Virus record (IMG/VR): IMGVR_UViG_3300025372_000038
Location: 1 to 25,495 of that record
DNA: 25,495 nucleotides
From: a virus
Taxonomy: Duplodnaviria > Caudoviricetes
Reading direction: 5' to 3' (one strand)
How positions within the stretch are numbered: position 1 is the first letter of the stretch; every line of letters begins with the position of its first letter. Positions 8,550-17,544 of the stretch are shown in pieces. The notes beneath the pieces are model-generated. The model worked only from the letters and a program-made list of their open reading frames with translations. It ran no database searches and had not been told where the DNA came from. The position numbers and the translations under genes are program-made.

Positions 8550-8907
8550 GTGGAGCGTAATAATTCGATTCCATATAAAAGACTCCAACACCATCTAACA
8601 AAAACAATTTTGCAAAGCCGCTGGTAAAATCAGTTACATTCATAGGTTCTGTGTTATCAGCGGTAGAACAACCTAAACCAAAAGGGATATTGTTTTGATA
8701 CTGTCTAAGCATATTTGGCGAACAGACAATACGCCTACCATTTAATGTAATAGATGAAGTATTATTATTCCAAGATAGATCATAAAACCAACCCATCTGC
8801 TGAGGAATATAATAAATGGTCATATTAACAATACTACCATCTGAAATGGAAAGATTGAAATTCTGAGTAGTACCTTGATTTATGCCTTGAATTAAATATG
8901 CGTTCAT
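8542..8907 (-). CDS. Small baseplate (hub-associated/plug-like) protein
   Basis: 121 aa at a conserved position between the tube initiator and the hub; pattern QNFNL...YIPQQMGWFYDL...PFGL. Confidence 0.7.
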   Translation of the reverse strand: MNAYLIQGINQGTTQNFNLSISDGSIVNMTIYYIPQQMGWFYDLSWNNNTSSITLNGRRIVCSPNMLRQYQNNIPFGLGCSTADNTEPMNVTDFTSGFAKLFLLDGVGVFYMESNYYAPHD

Positions 8908-8912
8908 AGAAT

Positions 8913-10082
8913 TTAAAAATGAACTGTACCAAGATCTACAGGAATTAAAGAAACATTAGCGCTGGAATTTGGCTGATCGACAGAAACCATGTTATTGCAT
9001 CTGCCAGATAAATTATTAAAATTTACAGTTACATTTTTTGCATATCTAATTTTTTTAAAAGTAATTGAAAAATCTGATATGTATTTACTATCTTCAGTTT
9101 GAGTAACACGAAGATTTTCAATAGCCATGTTGCTCATAATACCCCAAGGAGTTTCAACAGAACACGTTTGAGCACTTAACCAAAGCTGATAAAAGAAATC
9201 AAAAGCTGCACCTTGTTTACTTAAACCAGCTGGTACTCCATTATATTCATATAGAGTATTAGAAGCTGCAGCTTTACTTTGAGTAGTTATTGGCTGATCT
9301 GATAATAAGAAATTAGCCGCGTATTGAGACTGAGCAAAAGTATTAGCTTTTGTTTGAGCACTAGCAGCACTACCACCAAATAAAGAGCCTACGGCTTGGA
9401 AAGCCATAGAAGTTAATTGGCTTTTTAAATTGGATTTTAAGCCTTTTGTAGTTTGAACACTAAAAGGTACGGTACTTCCAACCGAGTTTGCTGGAGTTCC
9501 ATTTACTGCTTGAGAGGTATAAGCAATAAGTTGATTAGTAACTGATGAAGGTAAACTACTACTTGCTGCTACGGCTGCTACAAAGCCGGGTACTGCTGAT
9601 ACATTTGAAGGCTGAGACGAAGTAATAAAGCTACCAATTTGTTGAGCAATATTAGCAGAAGCCCCAAGTTTACCCGCTATCTGAGCTACAAAAGAACCTA
9701 CAACAGGAATAGTAGATGCAGGTAAACCAAAACCTAAAGCAATGGAAGGCATTAATGCAGCATGAAGTGGAAGCTTAACACCTTTCTGTGTAACTGGTGG
9801 GTTCGGATTAGATAAATATCCTACAAGCTCTCCAACGTAACCATTTAAAGTTATGCGTTCTGGTAAACGACCCCACTGATCTTGTACTGTAGTATTATCT
9901 TCAATATAGTGGTCAGTAATATCAGAACGAAGTTCAAATACATCTTCACCCTCAATATCAAATAAAAAACCCGCTACGCCTAATGGTAAATTTTCAGGAG
10001 TAACTAAAGCAGCACCTTCAGGTGTATTTGTAAGACCTACAAATATTCCCTGCTCTTCGGAAGGTATTATATTATCAGCCAT
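8913..10082 (-). CDS. Dit-like tail tube initiator/baseplate protein with a long central low-complexity segment
   Basis: 389 aa. N-terminal GFLFDI.GE...SDITDHYIED...PERITLNGYVGEL and C-terminal VETPWG.MSNMAIE...SDFSITFKKIR motifs; it follows the tape measure gene. Confidence 0.8.
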   Translation of the reverse strand: MADNIIPSEEQGIFVGLTNTPEGAALVTPENLPLGVAGFLFDIEGEDVFELRSDITDHYIEDNTTVQDQWGRLPERITLNGYVGELVGYLSNPNPPVTQKGVKLPLHAALMPSIALGFGLPASTIPVVGSFVAQIAGKLGASANIAQQIGSFITSSQPSNVSAVPGFVAAVAASSSLPSSVTNQLIAYTSQAVNGTPANSVGSTVPFSVQTTKGLKSNLKSQLTSMAFQAVGSLFGGSAASAQTKANTFAQSQYAANFLLSDQPITTQSKAAASNTLYEYNGVPAGLSKQGAAFDFFYQLWLSAQTCSVETPWGIMSNMAIENLRVTQTEDSKYISDFSITFKKIRYAKNVTVNFNNLSGRCNNMVSVDQPNSSANVSLIPVDLGTVHF

Positions 10083-10087
10083 GAGTT

Positions 10088-11356
10088 TTAAGGTGTTGCA
10101 GGTTTACCATAACCTTGAGGAGTTTGAACATTAACTCTGCCTAAAGTTTTGGTGATGTGATCTGATATTGCTTTACTTGTTTCTTGTGGATTGGTTGCAC
10201 CATTAACTGTTATAGGAGCATTGACTGTAATCTGAGAAGTTGATTCTGGATTTTTATAAGAACTAAAAGATCCTACTTTAGCATTATACATTAATGATTG
10301 ACCCGAAGTATTATCTTCTACTGCGGATTTCATAGCTTTAGCAGTCATGACAGCATAGGCTACCATTAATGGAATTATAATTGCCCATCCAGCTGCAGCC
10401 AATCCTCCTGCAACTGCAGCACCACCAGCTTCAGCAACAACAACTTCGCCCGCTACAGTTGCACCTCCTGCTTCAGCGGCGGCAGCTCCACCAGCTGCTG
10501 CGGCAACACCGCCACCAAAGAAACTTAAAAGTTTTAATAATCCAGCACCAATAGTAAAAGCAGAACTTGCAGCATTTAATGCTATTAAAGCTGCAGTAAG
10601 ATACCCGACATATTGAGCAAGAGTTACAAAAGATTCTGCAAATTGATCTATCTGTTTATCAGTTAATTTATCTAACCATTTATCAAAATAATCTAAATAC
10701 TTTTCAAGTGGCTTTTGAAAGTGAGAAAATATTTTAATACCTAAATCAAGAAGCTTAGTTTTAAATTGTTCTATACGGCCATTTAATTTCATTAGCCGCT
10801 TATTCTCTTCTTCACTGGCTTCAAACTTCTTATTTAATTCTCCATACTGAATATTAGCTTGGCTTAAGAAAACAAACATATCCTCGCCAATACCCATTTG
10901 GCTAGTAACAAAACGAGCCATAGCGGGTTGCATACCTTGTATGCGATCATGTATATCAAGAAGAACTTTTCTTGGGTCTTGTCTTGGGTCAATATTGAGT
11001 AATTGCCATGGAGCAATGTTACCTTCGCCCAAAGCAATACCTGCTTGAGCTTGTTCAATATTCTTAAAAGTAGTAGCTACTTCATCACCAGCTACACCAA
11101 ATTTGGCTGCAGCATATTGCCATTGTTGTAAATCTCTGGAAGAGATTCCTGTTACTTGCTGGAATTTAGATAAGGCAACTGAAGCGTTTAATGCTTTATA
11201 GGCTATTACTCCAAGGGCAGTAGTAGCTATTGTTAAACGTGTAGCTAATGCACCTGCAAGATTACCGGCAGTTTGAAGACGGTTTTCTATTACAGATAGA
11301 TTCTGTTCACCGGTTATTGAAAAACGTAACTTAACAAGTAGCTCGCCTATCGTCAT
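10088..11356 (-). CDS. Tape measure protein (short, 422 aa)
   Basis: Starts MTIGELLVKL (GTCAT context, ATGA overlap). Helical and Ala-rich, with TGIS..LQQWQYAA, a hydrophobic Ala/Gly segment and a C-terminal ITVNAPITVNGATNP; it lies after the chaperone. Confidence 0.85.
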   Translation of the reverse strand: MTIGELLVKLRFSITGEQNLSVIENRLQTAGNLAGALATRLTIATTALGVIAYKALNASVALSKFQQVTGISSRDLQQWQYAAAKFGVAGDEVATTFKNIEQAQAGIALGEGNIAPWQLLNIDPRQDPRKVLLDIHDRIQGMQPAMARFVTSQMGIGEDMFVFLSQANIQYGELNKKFEASEEENKRLMKLNGRIEQFKTKLLDLGIKIFSHFQKPLEKYLDYFDKWLDKLTDKQIDQFAESFVTLAQYVGYLTAALIALNAASSAFTIGAGLLKLLSFFGGGVAAAAGGAAAAEAGGATVAGEVVVAEAGGAAVAGGLAAAGWAIIIPLMVAYAVMTAKAMKSAVEDNTSGQSLMYNAKVGSFSSYKNPESTSQITVNAPITVNGATNPQETSKAISDHITKTLGRVNVQTPQGYGKPATP

Positions 11357-11604
11357 GATTTATCCTTATTAAGTTGTATTAAAGTTTCTTCGTATTCGGC
11401 TAATGCAATAGTATAATGTAGGGTGTCTAAAATTAAATCAGTTGGCATCCGCAGGATTTCAAGAGGAGTTCCATAACCCTCTTTAGAAAGCCTGAGAGCA
11501 ATAAAGGTAGAGAGTGGTAATTCACTCTCAATCTTTACGCTTGAGGAGTTACTGCTACTCCGCTTTGCGCCTGAAACAGAGATCCGAGGCTTTCGAAAAA
11601 AGGG
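11353..11604 (-). CDS. -1 frameshift extension (gpGT-like C-terminal part) of the tail assembly chaperone
   Basis: The -1 frame relative to 11535..11963 is open through the slippery site to the stop at 11353, which overlaps the tape measure start. It encodes ...FIALRLSKEGYGTPLEILRMPTDLILDTLHY.... Confidence 0.75.
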   Translation of the reverse strand, partial: PFFRKPRISVSGAKRSSSNSSSVKIESELPLSTFIALRLSKEGYGTPLEILRMPTDLILDTLHYTIALAEYEETLIQLNKDKS

Positions 11605-11963
11605 GCGAGATTGTAAGATAACACCTCCCACGCAACTGGAAGAAAGTCTTTGCGAGCTTCTTCCGTTTGAAACGTGTTTTTCAAGATTCTGAGTGGAGCC
11701 TCTGTTCCTGCAGGTGCATAAGTGCAACTGTTCATGCATTTCCAAACCTGCGAATAAATAGCTTTTGAAGCCATCAGTTTTAGGAACGCGTCTTTGAGAA
11801 CAGATATGTCCATGCCTGCCATAGATTTTAAATCTGTGGTTTGCATTGGAATCTGAACTCCTACAAGTTCCGCGCATAGGGTTTGATATAATGCAGTACC
11901 ATCCTCGAAATCTGCCATTTGCAGACCGAGGATAGCACCTGATGATAATTTAACTTCTTTCAT
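11535..11963 (-). CDS. Tail assembly chaperone (gpG-like)
   Basis: 142 aa between tube and tape measure; it ends NLAPFF, encoded by the slippery run. Confidence 0.82.
   Translation of the reverse strand: MKEVKLSSGAILGLQMADFEDGTALYQTLCAELVGVQIPMQTTDLKSMAGMDISVLKDAFLKLMASKAIYSQVWKCMNSCTYAPAGTEAPLRILKNTFQTEEARKDFLPVAWEVLSYNLAPFFESLGSLFQAQSGVAVTPQA
11595..11604 (-). promoter_or_regulatory. Programmed -1 ribosomal frameshift site (C CCT TTT, overlapping T TTT TTC)
   Basis: The minus strand reads GCC CCT TTT TTC; two in-frame X XXY YYZ heptamers lie at 11604..11598 and 11601..11595. Confidence 0.78.
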
Positions 11964-11986
11964 GGCGATTGGGGATTAGGAAAGAA

Positions 11987-12442
11987 TTATGTGATCTGAC
12001 GACCTACTTGAGAGAATTTGATCTGATATTCAACAACAGATTGTTTTGTATCACCATCAACATTTGAAGTAGCTTCTAAACGCTTTGTAAATACGCCACC
12101 GATTAATGAATATGTGTCGTTAGATACATTACCATTTCCATCACCGATACGTTTTACAAATACGCCATCAAGTAAATTGAATGATGGTAGATCGTTTTCT
12201 TGCTGCTGAAGAAGCGTGAGTAAGAAAGCATCATCGCTGCTACCACGAATAAGGTTGATTACAAATTCACCAAGACGACCTGCAGCCATAGTTGCAAATA
12301 GCGTGTTGCCATTTTTACCGGGCTTAACAGTTACAAGCTCGTTAGGGAATGTTAGTTTAGCGTTATCCCCATCGGCAAAAGCCGTGAGGAGCTGATTGTT
12401 GATAATGATTGTATCATTACCTGAGACTGAAATAAAAGCCAT
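11987..12442 (-). CDS. Tail tube protein (DUF3277-like)
   Basis: 151 aa immediately after the sheath; motifs FADGD...VKPGKNGN and NLIRGSSDDAFL. Confidence 0.85.
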   Translation of the reverse strand: MAFISVSGNDTIIINNQLLTAFADGDNAKLTFPNELVTVKPGKNGNTLFATMAAGRLGEFVINLIRGSSDDAFLLTLLQQQENDLPSFNLLDGVFVKRIGDGNGNVSNDTYSLIGGVFTKRLEATSNVDGDTKQSVVEYQIKFSQVGRQIT

Positions 12443-12454
12443 GGTAGGATAGTA

Positions 12455-13864
12455 TTAAGGATTGACGTAAATAACAGCGGATACGGATTGAACTGCGCCA
12501 GCATATTTAATTGCTTCTTGAATAAGTGGAGCAATGCGAGCGGTTCTTTGACTTGGAGCTTGGTTAGCTACTGGCTGTGAATAAATGTAATATCCGTTTG
12601 AAGCGATATTACGATTTAATGCAACTGGATCACCGATAGTATAAGAATTAGTCCATGCGCCGGGAGCTAAGAAACCATTAGCAACTGCTTGTACTGCTAC
12701 GCCATTCATAGCAGCTTTTAAAGTGCTCATACCTGCTTCTGTCTGTGGAACCTTTGTAGGTGTACCAGCTAAAGCATTGAATAAAGCAACCATGTTAGCT
12801 CCAACGAACCAACCTAAATTGTAAACATTGTCGGAATAATCATTACCGCCTGTTGAAATAACTTCTGGTAATCCTGCGATGTTACAATAAACATCTACAC
12901 CAACTGTTTGACAGAGGTTAAGAACTGTTTGGCTAATGTTTGGATCAACTTGGATATTAGCAAGCTGCTTCAAATTCATAGTACTTGTTGTATTAGTACC
13001 ATAGAAATTTGTAGACATTAAACGCGACATATAAGCAGCCATTGCAGTACGAGCATTTAAAATGTAACCGTTTGCAAGGAATGTATCAACTGGCGTATAA
13101 AGCATCATACGCGAGTGCTTTTGAGTAGCAGACTGAATTGTAGTAAAGAGTCCTGTACCACCTGCAGCTACTGATTGAAGATCGGAAATAGATCCGCTGG
13201 AAACACCAAGTAATCTTGGTGGTGAGAAAGACTCATTAAGAGTAGCAGCTGCTTCGATTTCTGAAGTGCTTGGTGAATAACCTGCCCATACAGAACCGCC
13301 AAAATATACTTGTTGTGATAATGCGGTAAGTGCAGTTGATAGCGTGTCTGAAGAAGACATCGCATAAATAATTAATTGGCCGCCACCAGAAAGAATATTT
13401 GGGCTTTGAGCAAAAATTGCTTGAGCCATTACTGTGGTTTCAACAGAGCCATTAGATCCACCAAAGTCATTAGCAACTGAAATTGGATCTGAGTAAATTT
13501 GATATGAATTTGCTACAATAATGGTTGGTGTTGATGTATAGCCTGTACCACCATTTATAACATTGAATTGAGTAATAACTCCAGATACTACTGTTGCGGT
13601 AACAATAGCACCTGAACCATTACCACCACCTGTTACAATAACAGCTGGAGCTGTAGTATAACCCGAACCACCGCTAGTTACAGCAATAGCTGAAATAGAA
13701 GTTCCTGATAATGTAACTGCTCCAACAATAGCACCATGACCATAATTTTGTACAGGTACATCCTTAGTAAGGATTGCTAGATTATTGACGGAATAGTTAG
13801 AAAGTGTTGCTTGTGGAGAAGCAACCGAGACATTGACGATATTACTGATTGAGAGAGTAGGCAT
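12455..13864 (-). CDS. Contractile tail sheath protein (DUF3383-like) with an inserted beta domain
   Basis: 469 aa with motifs LSISNIVNVSV, IFAQSPN, TMNLKQL, KVPQTEAG, GYYIYSQPV..Q...R.AR.AP and KYAGAVQSV; SD-like AAGGA upstream. Confidence 0.92.
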   Translation of the reverse strand: MPTLSISNIVNVSVASPQATLSNYSVNNLAILTKDVPVQNYGHGAIVGAVTLSGTSISAIAVTSGGSGYTTAPAVIVTGGGNGSGAIVTATVVSGVITQFNVINGGTGYTSTPTIIVANSYQIYSDPISVANDFGGSNGSVETTVMAQAIFAQSPNILSGGGQLIIYAMSSSDTLSTALTALSQQVYFGGSVWAGYSPSTSEIEAAATLNESFSPPRLLGVSSGSISDLQSVAAGGTGLFTTIQSATQKHSRMMLYTPVDTFLANGYILNARTAMAAYMSRLMSTNFYGTNTTSTMNLKQLANIQVDPNISQTVLNLCQTVGVDVYCNIAGLPEVISTGGNDYSDNVYNLGWFVGANMVALFNALAGTPTKVPQTEAGMSTLKAAMNGVAVQAVANGFLAPGAWTNSYTIGDPVALNRNIASNGYYIYSQPVANQAPSQRTARIAPLIQEAIKYAGAVQSVSAVIYVNP

Positions 13865-13876
13865 ATAGCGAATCCT

Positions 13877-14392
13877 TTAAGGCTGAGTGATAAGGGCGGG
13901 GGTTCCCGGAAATTGATCGTAATAGTTGATTGTAGTAGTTTGAGTGTATCCGCGTAAGATTGTAACGTGAAATTGAATACGAGTCAGCTCCGCTGGCCCT
14001 TCAACCGCGCTTAAATCTTGCGGATCGGATGTTATGGGGGCAATCTGAAAATTGTACTGATCCATAAATTGATTAGCTAAATCGGACTTAAAACAAAAAA
14101 GTACCTGATTTAAATAATCGTATGCATCAGAATTAACAGAGAATAGGTTGATGGCATAAGTCTCTTTACGGTTAAGAACCTGTACCCAGTTATAATTACC
14201 AGTTACAGGATCGGTCTCCGCATGAGCATTATTACCAAAGATATGAGCCGTTAAATAGGCTATATCGATATATAAATTGTCGATTTGGGGTAGTTTAGCC
14301 CTTTGATTGTACCTACGAACCCTACCTTCTTCTAGGTTCAAAGACTGGCTAATAAGCTGAACTAATAAGGAAATTGTATCAGGCTGTGACAT
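13877..14392 (-). CDS. Tail terminator/neck protein
   Basis: Lies immediately upstream of the sheath. The likely start is MSQPD at 14392 (the ORF track extends to 14419). Confidence 0.7.
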   Translation of the reverse strand: MSQPDTISLLVQLISQSLNLEEGRVRRYNQRAKLPQIDNLYIDIAYLTAHIFGNNAHAETDPVTGNYNWVQVLNRKETYAINLFSVNSDAYDYLNQVLFCFKSDLANQFMDQYNFQIAPITSDPQDLSAVEGPAELTRIQFHVTILRGYTQTTTINYYDQFPGTPALITQP

Positions 14393-14780
14393 AATCTCCT
14401 TGTAGGTTGTATTCAACATAGCCGTACAGGCTATAATCGCGTTTAGACATTACTCGATAGCTATTACCATCGGGTAATTTGACTTTATCGTTAGTATTAA
14501 GGACTAAAGTAGGTAAAGCATGAAGTTTATACCAAATCCATGAACGATCGCCTTCTGGAAGGATTTTTAAGTCTTCATCATTAAAAGGCTGTAAAATACC
14601 CGCAGTAGTGATTGAACGAGTACTTTCTTGGGCTTTACCTGTTAAAGGGTCAATAAAGGTAATAATTAGACCTAAAACTATAGATTGCATCCAGCCACCC
14701 ATAGCTCCGTCCATGCGCGGAAAATCTACCGCAGTAGTGCGAAAATCTTCAACTGAGGCTGCGTTAGTGATTGCGATCAT
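14379..14780 (-). CDS. Head closure/stopper-like protein
   Basis: 133 aa with motifs GILQP...L.ILPEG.RSW.W and YRVMSKRDYSLYGY, typical of head-closure proteins in this architecture. Confidence 0.75.
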   Translation of the reverse strand: MIAITNAASVEDFRTTAVDFPRMDGAMGGWMQSIVLGLIITFIDPLTGKAQESTRSITTAGILQPFNDEDLKILPEGDRSWIWYKLHALPTLVLNTNDKVKLPDGNSYRVMSKRDYSLYGYVEYNLQGDYVTA

Positions 14781-15361
14781 TTGTTAGATACCCTTGAGCT
14801 TATAGATCTACGAAGTTGTGCAGTTCTAACTAAAATAGACATACGGATTGGGCCAATAAGACCTTCTGCTCCTACAGCCCTACGAGCTGCATTAGTAATC
14901 CGAGTACCATAGCGTGTGGACTTTTTATCCATACCTGTCCAACCCTGCCACCTACCATAACCATTGGAAGCAAAACCACCATCTACTACTGCTTCAGCTT
15001 CTAAACCGAGCTTTTGATAAGCAGGTTTTAGGCTCTTATCTTCTGATAAAGCTTTAAATACATCATCTCCAATTTTAGCTAAACGCTTGCGGAGTTGAGT
15101 AATTAATGGAACCCATAAGAAAGACCTACGAGGTACATTTCTTGATTGGCTACCAAATTCGTGAACTGCTCCAATTTCAGCATTACTTAAATTGTGACCT
15201 TGAGTATTTTGTCTTGAAGCTTTACTTCTGAAAATACCCACTTCCGAGTGCATCTTACCTTGTTTATCAAGGTTAGCTTGTAGCATCTTTAAACCAGAAA
15301 GATCCAAAGAAACGTCTCCAGCTTTTAAAGAAATTGAACCACGTTTTATTGGAGGTCTCAC
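14777..15361 (-). CDS. Neck/tail completion (virion morphogenesis) protein
   Basis: 194 aa with motifs VGIF, NAEIGAVHEFGS..RNVPRRSFL and LVRTAQLRRSISS.V. Confidence 0.8.
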   Translation of the reverse strand: MRPPIKRGSISLKAGDVSLDLSGLKMLQANLDKQGKMHSEVGIFRSKASRQNTQGHNLSNAEIGAVHEFGSQSRNVPRRSFLWVPLITQLRKRLAKIGDDVFKALSEDKSLKPAYQKLGLEAEAVVDGGFASNGYGRWQGWTGMDKKSTRYGTRITNAARRAVGAEGLIGPIRMSILVRTAQLRRSISSRVSNK

Positions 15362-16038
15362 GGCAGTGTTTGACGATAGAAAGTAGCGTAGTTGCCGATG
15401 AGCTGTGGGATAGTCATCGTGAGATATTGAGCACCATAAGTAGTGGTACTAAGTTGAGAAAGAATAGGGGACTTACGAACACGCTCTGGGATTTCATACC
15501 CTTCAGTAATGCTACCAACAGAGCGGTTAGATGTAAGCCAGTTGTATTTACTTGCTATGCCTTGCATAGAATTACGCAAGTTTACTACCATGTAATGAGC
15601 GGCTAAATACAGAAAGCCTAAAGTATAAAGTTGCTGCGTCTGAAAAAACGCAGGATTGCAATTAACATAAGCTAATGCAAGTCCAGTATTGATGTCTGCA
15701 TCTTGGACTTTTCCGGGGTTGCTGGCATCGCCACCACCACCCGATAATACTACGACAGGGGCAGTATAATTAGAGCCACCTGAAGAAACTGAGAAATTTG
15801 TAATCGATCCACCTGCACCCAAGGTACAAGTGACCGTTGCACCAGACCCTGTAGGATCGGTGATTGTTACTGTTGGCGGTACTAAATAGGATGAACCCGC
15901 GGTTGTAACAGCAACTGATGTGATAACGCCAGAACTGACAACAGCCGTTCCAGAGCCGCCATAGCCGGGCAATGCGTAAGGGAAATCCCTAACGAATTGG
16001 GCTTTAAAATCAGCGACTGCTGGAACGGTGTATGCCAT
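15358..16038 (-). CDS. Head-tail connector/adaptor (DUF4054-like) with an inserted beta domain
   Basis: 226 aa with motifs VADFKAQFVRDFPY, YLAAHY, SNRSVGSIT.GY and TTTYGAQYL; a Gly/Ser/Thr-rich insert occupies about residues 25-103. Confidence 0.85.
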   Translation of the reverse strand: MAYTVPAVADFKAQFVRDFPYALPGYGGSGTAVVSSGVITSVAVTTAGSSYLVPPTVTITDPTGSGATVTCTLGAGGSITNFSVSSGGSNYTAPVVVLSGGGGDASNPGKVQDADINTGLALAYVNCNPAFFQTQQLYTLGFLYLAAHYMVVNLRNSMQGIASKYNWLTSNRSVGSITEGYEIPERVRKSPILSQLSTTTYGAQYLTMTIPQLIGNYATFYRQTLP

Positions 16039-16039
16039 G

Positions 16040-16414
16040 TTATGCTATGTCTTTTTTACGAGACTTTGGTGCTGGACTCTCTTTCGGGAGTTTAGCTTGT
16101 AGTTCTTCTATCTTTTTCTGAGCTTCGGCTAATTGTTCTTTGGCAACATCTGCTTCTTTACGCGCTCCCTGAACTGCAGTAACTGCTTCTTCTGCGGTTA
16201 CGACTTGGTTCGGAAACCATTCGAGCCACATTGAAGCTACTTCAGGAGCAACTTTACCAAAAGAATGAGCTGCGAGTTTATACTGGATTACTGTATGCCT
16301 TTCATCGGCTAAAGTAAGTCCATGTGTAAAAGCGCGGTCTGTTTGATTGTAAAGCCGCACCAGCTCACTATCTGCTGGTGCGACTGTACGAATGGGCAAT
16401 GGGGATGTAGCCAT
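16040..16414 (-). CDS. Hypothetical head-associated protein with a C-terminal coiled coil and basic tail
   Basis: 124 aa filling the gap between capsid and connector genes. Confidence 0.7.
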   Translation of the reverse strand: MATSPLPIRTVAPADSELVRLYNQTDRAFTHGLTLADERHTVIQYKLAAHSFGKVAPEVASMWLEWFPNQVVTAEEAVTAVQGARKEADVAKEQLAEAQKKIEELQAKLPKESPAPKSRKKDIA

Positions 16415-16422
16415 GTTAGTTA

Positions 16423-17520
16423 TTAGCTATGTGTGAATAGTAATGTTTCGAGAGCGCGGTAGAAACCAACACCTGTGTACTGACCATAAGCAACGTCTTC
16501 AAAGCTGAAGTTGTTGATTGAGTTAGGTTGAGTTGTTGTGAAGTCTACTGGGATGTCCATACGAACTGACTCTGGGTCATAGCGGTATAGAGCATAAACT
16601 TGCTTGTTGATACCTGCTGCGGTGTTATTCGTAGCATCGCAATAAGCTAATGGGAGGATCTTGAAGTTAGGGCCACAAAGAGCTTTGAAAGCTTGCTCAA
16701 GATAATTGATCATTGGGATGTTTGGGTAAGTAGGACTTACTGGTGTCATCAATCCAAGATAATCACTATATGGCATTACGAAGTGTGTTGGCAGAGCCGT
16801 TGAATTCGTATTGCTGAAATAGGTTGTTAAGAGCGTAGCAACAAATGTAGCAAAGTTAGCAGGAGTTAGTGTACTGATGTTAGCTGTAATTACGCTAGTA
16901 TTTACATTAACAGTTGTGTTGTTCAATAAACCAGCAACACCTGTATCAACTGCGGAACCTAAGAAAGCGATTTTTTGAAGACCTAAATCCCAGTTACGTT
17001 TGCGTGCACGATGTTTTTGCTCGATTGGATCCCAGTTGTTAGCAACGAGAGCTTGTTCGATATCAAAAATCGTGTAGTCAATTGCTTTCGCCCAATTTAC
17101 GACCTTGAGAGTCTTTGAGTCGATAGCTACGTCTACTTGAGCAAGACGGCTGTTGCTTGCACCAGTGCGGATGTTACCTGTTTCGAAGTCATCAGCAACT
17201 TGGTATGTACGATTTGTTAGTAAGTTAGCAGCAAATGCACCATCGCCTACAGCTGTTGGAATGAAGTCCGCTATTGGTACTTCATAAAACTTCTGTTCGG
17301 AAATTTGCTTTTTGATGTAAGTCAGAGTGTCGGTTACGATCTGATAGCCTGTTGCGCTTTCAGCGGTATCGCCTGCAGCGTTTAAGCGTAGATCCACACC
17401 GTTTTCACGAAGACCATTTTTGAAGATTGAGCGGTTATTTGTGTGCTTTAAGAATACTGGCTCTTTGATAGCCTTACCCTGTGCATCATAACCGGTTGTT
17501 TGGAAAAATACTGATTTCAT
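16423..17520 (-). CDS. Major capsid protein (DUF2184/HK97-fold)
   Basis: 365 aa with motifs IDYTIFD.EQA, IAFLG...VAGLLN, PTHFVMP and YGQYTGV..YR; SD-like AAGGA upstream; it lies after the decoration gene. Confidence 0.92.
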   Translation of the reverse strand: MKSVFFQTTGYDAQGKAIKEPVFLKHTNNRSIFKNGLRENGVDLRLNAAGDTAESATGYQIVTDTLTYIKKQISEQKFYEVPIADFIPTAVGDGAFAANLLTNRTYQVADDFETGNIRTGASNSRLAQVDVAIDSKTLKVVNWAKAIDYTIFDIEQALVANNWDPIEQKHRARKRNWDLGLQKIAFLGSAVDTGVAGLLNNTTVNVNTSVITANISTLTPANFATFVATLLTTYFSNTNSTALPTHFVMPYSDYLGLMTPVSPTYPNIPMINYLEQAFKALCGPNFKILPLAYCDATNNTAAGINKQVYALYRYDPESVRMDIPVDFTTTQPNSINNFSFEDVAYGQYTGVGFYRALETLLFTHS

Positions 17521-17544
17521 AGTTAAACTTCCTTTAGTTAATTA

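Noticed and set aside
11605-11877. N-terminal half of the 174-aa ORF 11353..11877 as an independent gene
   Set aside because: It overlaps the chaperone out of frame and is better explained as the open -1 frame upstream of the slippery site.
4700-14419. Tailocin or extracellular contractile injection system
   Set aside because: Capsid, portal, protease and terminase genes are present and intact, so this is a full phage head-tail module.
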